A stretch of 52,141 bases of DNA from Calditrichota bacterium (GCA_016867855.1 VGIO01000001.1:1-52141), one strand, 5' to 3'. Shown: positions 18,716-27,949, counted from the first letter of the stretch. A program made the numbers and translations. Notes: generated by a model not told the origin, from the sequence alone.

Positions 18716-20943
18716 TGGATGCGAAATTAGGTGTTTATCTTTGCACCGGCTGCGGCATCAAAGACGCTATGGACACCGACAAGTTGCTCGATTTCGCCCA
18801 AAAGGAAGTCAAACCTGTTGTGCGGCGCTGCGACCCGTTGGTCTGCAGCGCGGAATTTATAAACCAAATCAAGACCGATATCGCCGGGCAAGGTTTGAAC
18901 CGCGTCGTCGTCGCGGCTTGTTCACAGCGGTATTTTGCCGACCGCTTCGATTTTGGCGCAGATATATTAGTTGACCGCGTGCCGCTGCGGGAGTTTGTAG
19001 TTTGGACGCATCAGCCCAACGAGGAAGAGACGACCGCGCTAGCCGAAGACTACCTGCGGATGGCAGGAGTGCGGGCGCGCAACAGCGAGCCGCCGACGCC
19101 TCACATCGAAGAGGTGTCCAAAGATATTTTAGTCATCGGCGGCGGCGTCGCCGGGCTTAGCGCAGCCAAAGCCGCGGCTGAAGCCGGTTATAATGTCGTG
19201 CTGGTCGAGAAAGAAGCCGAATTAGGCGGTTGGGCGCGCAAATTCAAAGCCGTCTATCCAACGAAATCCCCATTTAACTTACTTGAGAAGTCGCCGCATC
19301 ACGAAATGATTGCAGCGGTGAAAGATAATCCATATATTAAAGTTTTCACAAATTCGACAGTCACTCTCACAAGCGGTCAGCCGGGACTGTTCGATGTAAC
19401 AATCGAGACTGGCGCCGAAAAGACCGAGTTGCGCGTTGGTGCGATCGTGCAGGCTACGGGTTGGCGGCCTTACGACGCTGGCAAGTTGATAAAATACGGA
19501 TTTGGCCTTTATCCTAATGTAGTGACAAATGTGCAATTTGAGGAGATGGCGCTGAATGGCGGGATTAAGAAGCCTTCCGATGGGAAAGCCCCGCAGAGCA
19601 TCGCTGTCATTCATTGCGCCGGTTCACGCGATAAAGAGCATCTGCCTTACTGCTCGGCGGTTTGCTGCCGGACCTCGCTTAAGCAGGCGCTCTATGTGCG
19701 CGAAGCGCTGCCACAGACCGATGTCTATCTGCTCTATAAAGACATCCGCACGCCCGGACTATATGAAGAGTTCTATACCTATGTACGCGAACAGGAGCAT
19801 ATTTACCTAACTAAAGGCGAAGTAATAGAGGTTGCGCAAGATAGCGACGGGATGTTGCGCATCACCCTCGACGACACCTTGTTCGGCGAGAGAGTTGCGG
19901 TCAAAGCCGATTTGTTAGTATTGGCAACCGGAATGGCGCCCTCGACGCTGCCTATGGAGGAGACGGTTGAGGAAACCACCGCCGAATCCCCGGCGACTAC
20001 AGCCGACGGTAAGAAAGCCGCCGCTTCAGCTGAAGTTGGCGCGAAGATACTCAACCTAACTTACCGTCTCGGCACCGACCTGCCGAATTTGAAATACGGC
20101 TTTCCCGATTCGCACTTTATATGTTTCCCTTATGAAACCCGTCGCACGGCGATATATGCCGCCGGCGCGACGCGCGCGCCAATGGATTTGTCCTCGGCGC
20201 AGAATGATGGACTCGGCGCGGCGCTTAAAGCGCTGCAAGCCGTCGAAGCCGTGGCGCGCGGCGCGGCGGTTCATCCTCGCGTCGGCGATGTCAGTTTCCC
20301 TGATTTCTTTCTACAGCGCTGCACCCAATGCAAACGCTGCACCGAAGAATGTCCTTTCGGCACGCTCGACGAAGACGACAAAGGCACGCCGAAGCCTAAT
20401 CCCAATCGCTGTCGTCGCTGCGGAATATGTATGGGCGCCTGTCCGGAACGGATTATTTCGTTTAAAAACTATTCGCCCAATATGATTTCACAGATGATAA
20501 AAGCCATTGAAATTCCCGAAGAGGATGAAGAGAAGCCGCGTATATTAACCTTTATGTGCGAGAACGACGCTGTCCCGGCGCTGGACATCGCGGCTTGGCG
20601 CCGCCGGCAGATTGATCCGACCATCCGCATCATCCCGGTGCGCTGCATCGGTTCGGTCAATACGATTTTCATCGCCGACGCGCTCTCCAACGGCTTCGAC
20701 GGCATCCTGCTGCTCGGCTGCCAGCGCGGCGACGACTATCAATGCCACTTCATCCGCGGCAGCGAACTCGCCAACCGGAGGATGGAGAATGTGCAGGAGA
20801 AGTTAAAGCAACTTGTTCTCGAACCGGAGCGCGTCAGAATCGAGGCTGTCGAACTGACCGATTGGGAGCGGCTGCCGAAATTGATGAACGACTTCGCTGA
20901 AGAGGTGCGCGGCTTGGGCGCGAATCCATACAAGGGATTTTAG
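18715..20943 (+). CDS. qmoB: Qmo complex subunit B (HdrA-like, ferredoxin insert, C-terminal MvhD-like domain)
   Basis: 742 aa. ILVIGGGVAGLSAA; CTQCKRCTEECP and CRRCGICMGACP; MvhD-like tail ILTFMCENDA..VRCIGSVN..GILLLGC. Confidence 0.85.
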   Translation: MDAKLGVYLCTGCGIKDAMDTDKLLDFAQKEVKPVVRRCDPLVCSAEFINQIKTDIAGQGLNRVVVAACSQRYFADRFDFGADILVDRVPLREFVVWTHQPNEEETTALAEDYLRMAGVRARNSEPPTPHIEEVSKDILVIGGGVAGLSAAKAAAEAGYNVVLVEKEAELGGWARKFKAVYPTKSPFNLLEKSPHHEMIAAVKDNPYIKVFTNSTVTLTSGQPGLFDVTIETGAEKTELRVGAIVQATGWRPYDAGKLIKYGFGLYPNVVTNVQFEEMALNGGIKKPSDGKAPQSIAVIHCAGSRDKEHLPYCSAVCCRTSLKQALYVREALPQTDVYLLYKDIRTPGLYEEFYTYVREQEHIYLTKGEVIEVAQDSDGMLRITLDDTLFGERVAVKADLLVLATGMAPSTLPMEETVEETTAESPATTADGKKAAASAEVGAKILNLTYRLGTDLPNLKYGFPDSHFICFPYETRRTAIYAAGATRAPMDLSSAQNDGLGAALKALQAVEAVARGAAVHPRVGDVSFPDFFLQRCTQCKRCTEECPFGTLDEDDKGTPKPNPNRCRRCGICMGACPERIISFKNYSPNMISQMIKAIEIPEEDEEKPRILTFMCENDAVPALDIAAWRRRQIDPTIRIIPVRCIGSVNTIFIADALSNGFDGILLLGCQRGDDYQCHFIRGSELANRRMENVQEKLKQLVLEPERVRIEAVELTDWERLPKLMNDFAEEVRGLGANPYKGF

Positions 20944-20995
20944 CAGCGGCAGACGCGTATTTCCCCGCGTCGACGGCAATTCAGAACAAAAGGTA

Positions 20996-21049
20996 ATGGA
21001 CAAGATGGACAGAATGGACTAAATCGGCACAGTGGATGAAATTGACTCA
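20996..21049. repeat. Six phased 9-bp units (ATGGACAAG ATGGACAGA ATGGACTAA ATCGGCACA GTGGATGAA ATTGACTCA) upstream of dsrA
   Basis: The TGGA core recurs exactly every 9 bp. Similar blocks lie at 1766-1792, 14672-14707, 31050-31078 (inverted) and 40909-40935. Confidence 0.8.
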
Positions 21050-21134
21050 AAATGTTGCTAATCCGCTTTAAAGAGGCGGATTGAGAGCAGCGAAATTTCT
21101 TTTTTACCAATAATACATTTTCTCTGGAGCAATA

Positions 21135-22307
21135 ATGCCAGAACAAAAATTTCCTGACAAATTACAAGAACTAAAATCCGGCGCGTGGCCGAGTTTCGTC
21201 AAAGAAATCGAAAACGCCGCCCAGACCAGCCCGATGGCTAAAGACCTCTATGGCCAACTCAATCAATCCTATAACGAAAAGATAGGCCATTGGAAGCATG
21301 GCGGCATCGTCGGGGTGCTGGGCTATGGCGGCGGCGTCATCGGACGCTACAGCGACCTGCCGGAGACCTGGCCGAATGTCTCCCATTTCCACACGATGCG
21401 CATCAACCAGCCGGCGGCTTGGTTCTACCGGGCTGAAGACCTGCGCAAAGTTTGCGACATCTGGGAGAAGCGTGGCTCTGGGCTGACTAATATGCACGGC
21501 TCGACCGGCGACATCATCCTCTTAGGCACCACAACCCCCGAACTGGAACCGATTTTCAATGAGTTGACCGCCATAGGTTTCGACTTGGGCGGTTCAGGCT
21601 CGTGTATGCGGACGCCATCCTGCTGCGTCGGTCCGGCACGTTGCGAATGGGCGATGTATGACACCCTGGCGCTGACCTACGACTTGACAATGACTTATCA
21701 GGATGAATTGCACCGGCCGGCGTTCCCCTATAAGTTCAAGTTTAAGATGGCCGGCTGCCCGAACGACTGCGTGGCGTCGATTGCCCGCGCCGATATGTCC
21801 ATCATCGGCATCTGGCGCGACGAAATCCAAATCGATCAGGACGCCGTGCGCGAATATGCCGAGCGCGGCTTGAACATTCAATCGGTGGTCGTCGGACGCT
21901 GCCCGACCCGCTGTATGGCTTGGGACAGCAAAGAGCTGTTCATCGACAATGAAAATTGCTCACGCTGTATGCACTGCATCAATGTGATGCACCGGGCGCT
22001 GCGCCCCGGCAACGACCGCGGTGCGACGCTGCTAATCGGATCCAAAGCGCCGATTATGGAAGGCGCCCTGCTCTCGAGCGTTTTAGTCCCGTTCCTCGAA
22101 ATCGTTCCACCTTACGATGACATAAAAGGTCTCGTCAATAACATCTGGGAACTATGGGCGGAAGAGGGCAAGAACCGTGAACGCGTCGGCGAATTTATTC
22201 AACGCGTCGGGCTGGCGAACTTCCTCGACGCAATCGGGTTGGAGCCTGAGCCTGAAATGATCGCCTTCCCGCGCGAAAATCCCTATGTGTTCTATCGCAC
22301 TGAATAG
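21135..22307 (+). CDS. dsrA: Dissimilatory sulfite reductase alpha subunit
   Basis: 390 aa. [31 protein letters not shown], sirohaem/FeS motifs CVGPARC and CPNDC, ferredoxin insert CPTRC..CSRCMHC. Confidence 0.95.
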   Translation: MPEQKFPDKLQELKSGAWPSFVKEIENAAQTSPMAKDLYGQLNQSYNEKIGHWKHGGIVGVLGYGGGVIGRYSDLPETWPNVSHFHTMRINQPAAWFYRAEDLRKVCDIWEKRGSGLTNMHGSTGDIILLGTTTPELEPIFNELTAIGFDLGGSGSCMRTPSCCVGPARCEWAMYDTLALTYDLTMTYQDELHRPAFPYKFKFKMAGCPNDCVASIARADMSIIGIWRDEIQIDQDAVREYAERGLNIQSVVVGRCPTRCMAWDSKELFIDNENCSRCMHCINVMHRALRPGNDRGATLLIGSKAPIMEGALLSSVLVPFLEIVPPYDDIKGLVNNIWELWAEEGKNRERVGEFIQRVGLANFLDAIGLEPEPEMIAFPRENPYVFYRTE

Positions 22308-22514
22308 ACAAGATTTGTCTTTTCAGCGTGTTTTTTCAAACTAAAGTTTAAAACCTGACCTAAGGTTTAATAAATCTATAAACGACTAACTGTTGGACAG
22401 TTAGTTGTCCCGCTTCATTTACAAGACGGGATTAGATTAAAGCGCTTTTAAAATTCAGCGCATATTCCTTGCGCTGCATATAAATAACAAGTTTATTGCT
22501 TAAGGAGACAGAAA

Positions 22515-23597
22515 TTGGCTGCTGAGCCTGTTAAACGGGTAACCGATATCGGTCCGCCGCACTACGGCAAATATTTGCCGCCGGTAGTGAAGGCGAATTA
22601 CGGCAAGTGGGTTGACCACGAGATACTCGAGCCGGGCGTAATGGTGCATATAGCCGAGTCCGGCGCTAAGGTTTATACTGTGCGAGCGGCTTCGCCGAGA
22701 TTAATTTCGGTCAACAAAATCCGTGCTTACTGCGATTTGGCGGATAAATACTGCGAAGGTTTTCTCCGCTTCACCAGCCGTAATAATGTGGAGTTCCTGA
22801 CCGCTAAGGCTGAGAATGTTGCGCCGATGAAGAAGGATCTCGAGGCGCTCGGACATCCAGTCGGCGGGATGGCGAACTCCATCTCTAACATTGTGCACAC
22901 GCAAGGCTGGGTGCACTGCCATTCGGCGGCGACCGACGCTTCGGGCATCGTCAAATCGGTGATGGACGCTTTGCACGAGGAGTTCACGCATATGCGGATG
23001 CCGGGCAAACTGCGCATCGCGCTGGCTTGTTGCTTGAATATGTGCGGCGCGGTGCATTGCTCTGACATCGCCATCCTCGGCATTCACCGCAAGCCGCCCA
23101 AAGTCGAGACCGAGCGTCTGCCGAAAATCTGCGAAATACCGACCGCTGTAGCCTCCTGCCCGACCGCCGCCGTGCGTCCAGCCAACATTAGCGGAGTGAA
23201 CACGGTGGAAGTCATCGAAGAGAGCTGTATGTATTGCGCGAACTGCTTCACCGTCTGCCCGGCGATGAAGTTGAACGACGCTGAAAACGACGGGCTCTCG
23301 ATTTGGGTCGGCGGCAAGGTGTCGAACGCCCGTCACGAACCGATGTTTTCCAAATTAGCCATCCCTTATATTCCTAACAATCCGCCGTGCTGGCCGGAAG
23401 TTGTCGATGCAGTCGTCAACATCGTCAAGATTTGGTCGAAGAATGCCCAGCCTTACGAGCGGATGGGCGAATGGATTGAGCGGATTGGCTGGCCTAAATT
23501 CTTTAAGATGGCCGGCATTCCTTTCAGCCGCGAGCATATCGACGACTTTAAGCATGCCGGTCTGACCTATAAACGGTCAACGCATATCCGGTTCTAA
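22515..23597 (+). CDS. dsrB: Dissimilatory sulfite reductase beta subunit
   Basis: 360 aa. TTG start 7 nt after [44 protein letters not shown]. Confidence 0.95.
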   Translation: MAAEPVKRVTDIGPPHYGKYLPPVVKANYGKWVDHEILEPGVMVHIAESGAKVYTVRAASPRLISVNKIRAYCDLADKYCEGFLRFTSRNNVEFLTAKAENVAPMKKDLEALGHPVGGMANSISNIVHTQGWVHCHSAATDASGIVKSVMDALHEEFTHMRMPGKLRIALACCLNMCGAVHCSDIAILGIHRKPPKVETERLPKICEIPTAVASCPTAAVRPANISGVNTVEVIEESCMYCANCFTVCPAMKLNDAENDGLSIWVGGKVSNARHEPMFSKLAIPYIPNNPPCWPEVVDAVVNIVKIWSKNAQPYERMGEWIERIGWPKFFKMAGIPFSREHIDDFKHAGLTYKRSTHIRF

Positions 23598-23614
23598 CCG
23601 GAAAGGAGAGCGAA

Positions 23615-23872
23615 ATGCCAGATATGGTATCTGTAGCCGAAGTCGCTGATACGATGTTCAAACTCGTCAAACAAGCCGCTGGACTTAAGAAGTATAAAGC
23701 GATGGACTTGGAGAAGGCGATGCGCGAACTTTACGGCGACCGGGTGGACAAGGCAGTTTCCAAAGCGGCGATTAAGGAATTAATCGACAGCGGGCGCTGC
23801 GTCTATACCTATTTCGGCGGAAGTTATATCGAAATACCGCATACGGAAGCCGCGGCTAATCCGCAAGGCTGA
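23615..23872 (+). CDS. dsrD: DsrD (small winged-helix protein of reductive dsr loci)
   Basis: 85 aa directly after dsrB. Lys-rich helix plus a ..IKELIDSGRCVYTYFGGSYIEIP.. pattern like the DsrD YWSSGSTTMY region. Confidence 0.75.
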   Translation: MPDMVSVAEVADTMFKLVKQAAGLKKYKAMDLEKAMRELYGDRVDKAVSKAAIKELIDSGRCVYTYFGGSYIEIPHTEAAANPQG

Positions 23873-25293
23873 TGCCGCTATTAAATGCCCCGCGTCTGGC
23901 GCTTGCCGGTAGCGGCGGCGACAGTGGTAAAACTCTCGCGGCGCTGGGCTTAATCCGTGCCTGGCGCCGCGAGGGCACGGTTGTCCAACCCTTCAAGAAA
24001 GGACCTGATTACATCGATTCGGCTTGGCTGTCGCGGGCGGCTGAGCGAACGGCGCGCAATCTCGACAGTTTCTTGATGGGCTTCGACGGCGTAATACGCT
24101 CTTTTGCCCGCTATTCCATCGCCGATGGTCTGAATGTCATCGAAGGCAATCGGGGATTGCACGACGGCGAAGACGCCGCCGGCTGTCATTCGACCGCCGC
24201 GCTGGCCAAGAAATTAAATGCGCCGGTCGTCGTGATTGTGCCGATTGTCAAAATCACACGCACGGCGGCGGCGATAGTCTTGGGCTTGAAGATGTTGGAT
24301 CCGCAAGTAAATATCGCGGGTGTCATCCTGAACCGCGTCGCAGGCGCCAGGCACGAGAGCGTAACCCGCAATGCGATTGAGGATGCGACCGGTATTCCCG
24401 TGCTGGGCGCGCTGCCCAAGTTGTCTGGTTTTCCTCTGCCGGTGCGGCATCTCGGTCTGGTGACGCCGGAAGAGAACGACTATGCGGCTTTTGTCGTCGA
24501 ACGCAGCGCCGACTTACTCGGGCAGTATGTTGACATAAAAACCATCCGCGGTTTTGCCGCCGGCGCGCCGCCGCTGGAGGTCGAAGCGCTCGCTGTGCCG
24601 CAAACTGTTGCAGCCGCAAAGCCGGAAGGTTTGCGCATCGGCTGGTTCAGCGGCCCGGCTTTCACTTTCTATTATCCGGAAAACCTCGAGGCTCTCGCTG
24701 CCTTAGGGATGGAGTTAGTTCCAGTCAATCCTTTGACCGACAAGCGGCTGCCGGAAATAGACGCTCTTTACATCGGAGGTGGATTTCCTGAAACGCACGG
24801 CGCGCATCTGGCGGGAAATGAATTTCTGAAGATGAGTCTGCGCGAGGCGGTGGGAACCGGCTTGCCAGTCTGGGCTGAGTGCGGAGGATTGATGTATTTG
24901 GCGCAGGCGATAATCTGGCAGGAGCGCCGTTTCGAGATGGCCGGTATGCTGCCGGTCGAAGTCGAAGTCGGCGATGCGCCGCAGGGTCACGGTTATACTG
25001 TGATGACGGTCGACAGTCCCAATCCGTTCTTTAAAGTCGGGACGGTTATCCGCGGCCACGAATTTCATTACTCGTTCATTCCGACGGAAATTCAATGCCG
25101 AACGATATTTAAAATGAGCCGCGGCGCAGGCGTCGGAGGTCAGCGCGACGGTCTTATGGTCAATAATGTTGTGGCGGTTTATTCGCATATCCACGCCTCT
25201 GCTACGCCTGGGTGGGCGGAAGGAATGACGCGCGCGGCTTCAGACTACAGACGATGGAAGACTGAGCCGCCCATAGAATCCAACCTATCATAA
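23872..25293 (+). CDS. dsrN: DsrN, cobyrinate a,c-diamide synthase-like sirohaem amidase
   Basis: 473 aa. P-loop GSGGDSGKT, glutamine amidotransferase Cys in WAECGGLMYL. TGATG overlap with dsrD. Confidence 0.85.
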   Translation: MPLLNAPRLALAGSGGDSGKTLAALGLIRAWRREGTVVQPFKKGPDYIDSAWLSRAAERTARNLDSFLMGFDGVIRSFARYSIADGLNVIEGNRGLHDGEDAAGCHSTAALAKKLNAPVVVIVPIVKITRTAAAIVLGLKMLDPQVNIAGVILNRVAGARHESVTRNAIEDATGIPVLGALPKLSGFPLPVRHLGLVTPEENDYAAFVVERSADLLGQYVDIKTIRGFAAGAPPLEVEALAVPQTVAAAKPEGLRIGWFSGPAFTFYYPENLEALAALGMELVPVNPLTDKRLPEIDALYIGGGFPETHGAHLAGNEFLKMSLREAVGTGLPVWAECGGLMYLAQAIIWQERRFEMAGMLPVEVEVGDAPQGHGYTVMTVDSPNPFFKVGTVIRGHEFHYSFIPTEIQCRTIFKMSRGAGVGGQRDGLMVNNVVAVYSHIHASATPGWAEGMTRAASDYRRWKTEPPIESNLS

Positions 25294-25322
25294 TTTTACT
25301 TGAAATTTACAATTCTATATAA

Positions 25323-27011
25323 ATGTGTCCACTTGTTTTAAAACCTAAAAAACCGCTTGTAACCACTGGGGCGCACGCGGCCGGCGGGGCGGTCGGCGGC
25401 GAAACCAGCAACCTGCGTCCTTATCAAATAGAGAAACTCGCTCCTTGTATGGACGCCTGTCCGCAAGGCACGGAAATACGCCGCGTCCTGACGACCATCG
25501 CCCAAGCAGAAAAGTATGAGAAGCCGCAGGACGAGGCTTTCGACGAGGCTTGGCGCATAATTGCGGAAAAGAATCCGCTGCCGGCAGTTTGCGGCCGCGT
25601 CTGTCCGCATCCTTGTGAAGAGAAATGTAACCGCGACAAGAAAGACGGTTCGGTAGGCATCAATAATATCGAACGTTTCCTCGGCGATTGGGGGTTGCAA
25701 CGCGGCTTGAAACCAACCTTTAAGACCGAGGAACATTATCCAGAGAAAATTGCCGTTATTGGCAGCGGTCCGGCCGGCCTGTCCTGCGCTTACTATTTGG
25801 CGCGCAACGGTTATAAAGTGACGATTTACGAAGCCTTTCCGCATCCGGGCGGAATGCTGCGCTACGGCATTCCGGCTTACCGTTTGCCACGTGACATTCT
25901 CGATGCAGAAATAGAGCGCGTGCTGGATTTAGGCGTCGAACTGAAGACCGGCGTCGTCGTCGGCAAGGATATTCCATACACCGGCTTGCAAGCGCAGTAT
26001 GATGCAATTTTCGTCGGCATCGGCGCGCATCAAGGCGTAAAACTGCGTGTGCCGGGCGAAGATGTCTCAAATGTCTATAGCGGCGTTACCTTCCTGCGGC
26101 TGGTCAATATGGATAAGCCGGTCGAGACCGGGGACAAGGTCGTGGTCATCGGCGGCGGCGATACAGCCATCGATGCGGCGCGCGTCGCGCTGCGCCTCGG
26201 CGCCAAAGTAACCCTGCTCTATCGCCGCACGCGCAACGAAATGCCGGCGATTGAAGAGGAGATTGTCGGCGCTGAAGAAGAAGGCGTGGTCTTTCATTTT
26301 CTCGCCGCGCCGTTGGAGATTATTACCGAGGATGGCAAGGCCGTCGCAATGCGCTGCCAGCGTATGGAACTCGGCGAGCCGGATGCATCCGGCCGGCGTC
26401 GTCCGGTGCCGATTCCCGGCGATGAATTCACCATCCCAGTAACCGCTGTCATCGCGGCTGTATCGCAAGAACCGGGCTGGGACGGTCTTGACCATTTGCA
26501 TACTGGACGCGACTGGGTCAAAGCGGACAAATTGGGCGAGACTTCTATCGAGAAGACCTTCGCCGGCGGCGATGTCTTAGACCTCGGCTTAGTGACGATA
26601 GCGCTTTATCAGGGCCGGCGCGCGGCTGAGACCATCCACCGCCGATTCCGCGGCTGCGAATTGAGTGAAGAATCTAAATTGCCGGTGATTCCCGCCGATA
26701 AAATTACTCTAACTTATTACGAGAATGTCCTGCGGCAGGAATGCGAGAAACTCGCAGTCGAAGACCGCTTTAAAGAGCCATGGGTGGAAATCGCCAAAAC
26801 CCTGCCGGAAGCGGCGGTCATCGCCGAGGCGAAGCGCTGTATGAGTTGCGGTTCCTGCTTCGACTGCGGTTCGTGCTGGAGTTATTGTCAGGATAATGCC
26901 ATCATCAAACCGCTGCAGGACGGTATGCCCTATAAATTCAAACTCGAATTCTGCAAGGGCTGCAATAAATGCGCTGAAAACTGCCCGTGCGGATATTTGG
27001 AAATGAAGTAG
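25323..27011 (+). CDS. dsrL: DsrL-like NAD(P)H:acceptor oxidoreductase (GltD/NfnB-like FeS flavoprotein with an extra C-terminal 2x[4Fe-4S] ferredoxin domain)
   Basis: 562 aa. CGRVCPHPCEEKC; dinucleotide folds VIGSGPAGLSCA and VVIGGGDTAIDAA; C-terminal CMSCGSCFDCGSC and CKGCNKCAENCP. Sits between dsrN and dsrC. Confidence 0.65.
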   Translation: MCPLVLKPKKPLVTTGAHAAGGAVGGETSNLRPYQIEKLAPCMDACPQGTEIRRVLTTIAQAEKYEKPQDEAFDEAWRIIAEKNPLPAVCGRVCPHPCEEKCNRDKKDGSVGINNIERFLGDWGLQRGLKPTFKTEEHYPEKIAVIGSGPAGLSCAYYLARNGYKVTIYEAFPHPGGMLRYGIPAYRLPRDILDAEIERVLDLGVELKTGVVVGKDIPYTGLQAQYDAIFVGIGAHQGVKLRVPGEDVSNVYSGVTFLRLVNMDKPVETGDKVVVIGGGDTAIDAARVALRLGAKVTLLYRRTRNEMPAIEEEIVGAEEEGVVFHFLAAPLEIITEDGKAVAMRCQRMELGEPDASGRRRPVPIPGDEFTIPVTAVIAAVSQEPGWDGLDHLHTGRDWVKADKLGETSIEKTFAGGDVLDLGLVTIALYQGRRAAETIHRRFRGCELSEESKLPVIPADKITLTYYENVLRQECEKLAVEDRFKEPWVEIAKTLPEAAVIAEAKRCMSCGSCFDCGSCWSYCQDNAIIKPLQDGMPYKFKLEFCKGCNKCAENCPCGYLEMK

Positions 27012-27142
27012 CCTCAAAGGCGGGACATTTTCGCCAAAGTCGAGGAATTAGGCGGTTGGTATGTCGCATAGATAATAGTATTCTTTATATAAAAATAACT
27101 TCGCGTTTCGATGCGAAGCCAACAACATCAAGGAGAAACACA

Positions 27143-27460
27143 ATGCCCAAATTTGAGTGGCAAGAAGTCAGTATCGATGTGGACGAGGATGGTTTTATCG
27201 AGGATCCCGCGCTCTGGAATGAGCAGGTCGCCTTAGCGCTCGCCAGCACCGAGGGTGTCGATGCTTTGACTGAGGATCACTGGAAATTAATCAACTACCT
27301 TCGCGAGTATTACGCCAAGTTCGGCATAGCCCCGATGATTCGCAAACTTTGCAAAGAAACTGGCTATTCGTTGAAGGAAATCTACGATTTATTTCCGTCC
27401 GGTCCCGCCAAGGGCGCCTGCAAAGTCGCCGGTCTTGCCAAACCGACCGGATGCGTATAG
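27143..27460 (+). CDS. dsrC: DsrC (two redox-active Cys on the C-terminal arm)
   Basis: 105 aa from the ATG at 27143, 6 nt after AAGGAGA. C-terminus ..GACKVAGLAKPTGCV has both conserved Cys. The 52-aa upstream extension in the ORF track has no support. Confidence 0.9.
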   Translation: MPKFEWQEVSIDVDEDGFIEDPALWNEQVALALASTEGVDALTEDHWKLINYLREYYAKFGIAPMIRKLCKETGYSLKEIYDLFPSGPAKGACKVAGLAKPTGCV

Positions 27461-27489
27461 TATTCTATCTTTGGCAAATTAGCGATTTA

Positions 27490-27527
27490 GGGGGGTATCG
27501 GCGGAATTTCGATTGGTACCCCCTTTT
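27490..27527 (+). terminator. Rho-independent terminator after dsrC
   Basis: GGGGGTA..TACCCCC stem followed by TTTT, 30 nt after the stop. Flanked by the direct repeats TTAGCGATTT. Confidence 0.6.
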
Positions 27528-27949
27528 AATTTAGCGATTTTGTTGCCAATCGTTATCTCATACCAATTTGCAATCAAATGATGAGTAATATGATTCTAAA
27601 TTAACAACGGATTGAACGGATAAAACGGATTAACATAGCGGCTTCACAAATTTATCCGTTTCATCTGTTTAATCTGTTGTGAATTTGTTTTTGACATTTA
27701 TCATCCGATTGATTGCGACTTGGTATCACCATAACTATACGAGATTGCTATATTACGGACGTTGGTCTCCATTGAGCAGCAACCGTATTGTGATTTAAGA
27801 ATGTTGCTATCGAAAAAAGAGTCTCGATAGCAAAACGCTTTATACATCAGTTTATCAGTGCAAACTGGCGACATCTTCGTTATTAAGCAAACGAGTTATT
27901 AGTTATTAAAATTATAGCCTTTAGGAAAACTCAAACCTTGAACCGTTAA

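Noticed and set aside
20944-21134. Terminator after qmoB (hairpins GACGCG..CGCGTC and AATCCGC..GCGGATT)
   Set aside because: The stems are short (6-7 bp) and not followed directly by a T-run. This is insufficient to call an intrinsic terminator. The region is more notable for the 9-bp-phased repeats.
26987-27142. Long form of dsrC (157 aa)
   Set aside because: The extension overlaps the end of the dsrL-like gene and an AT-rich promoter-like region. The ATG at 27143 has an AAGGAGA RBS and gives a canonical 105-aa DsrC.
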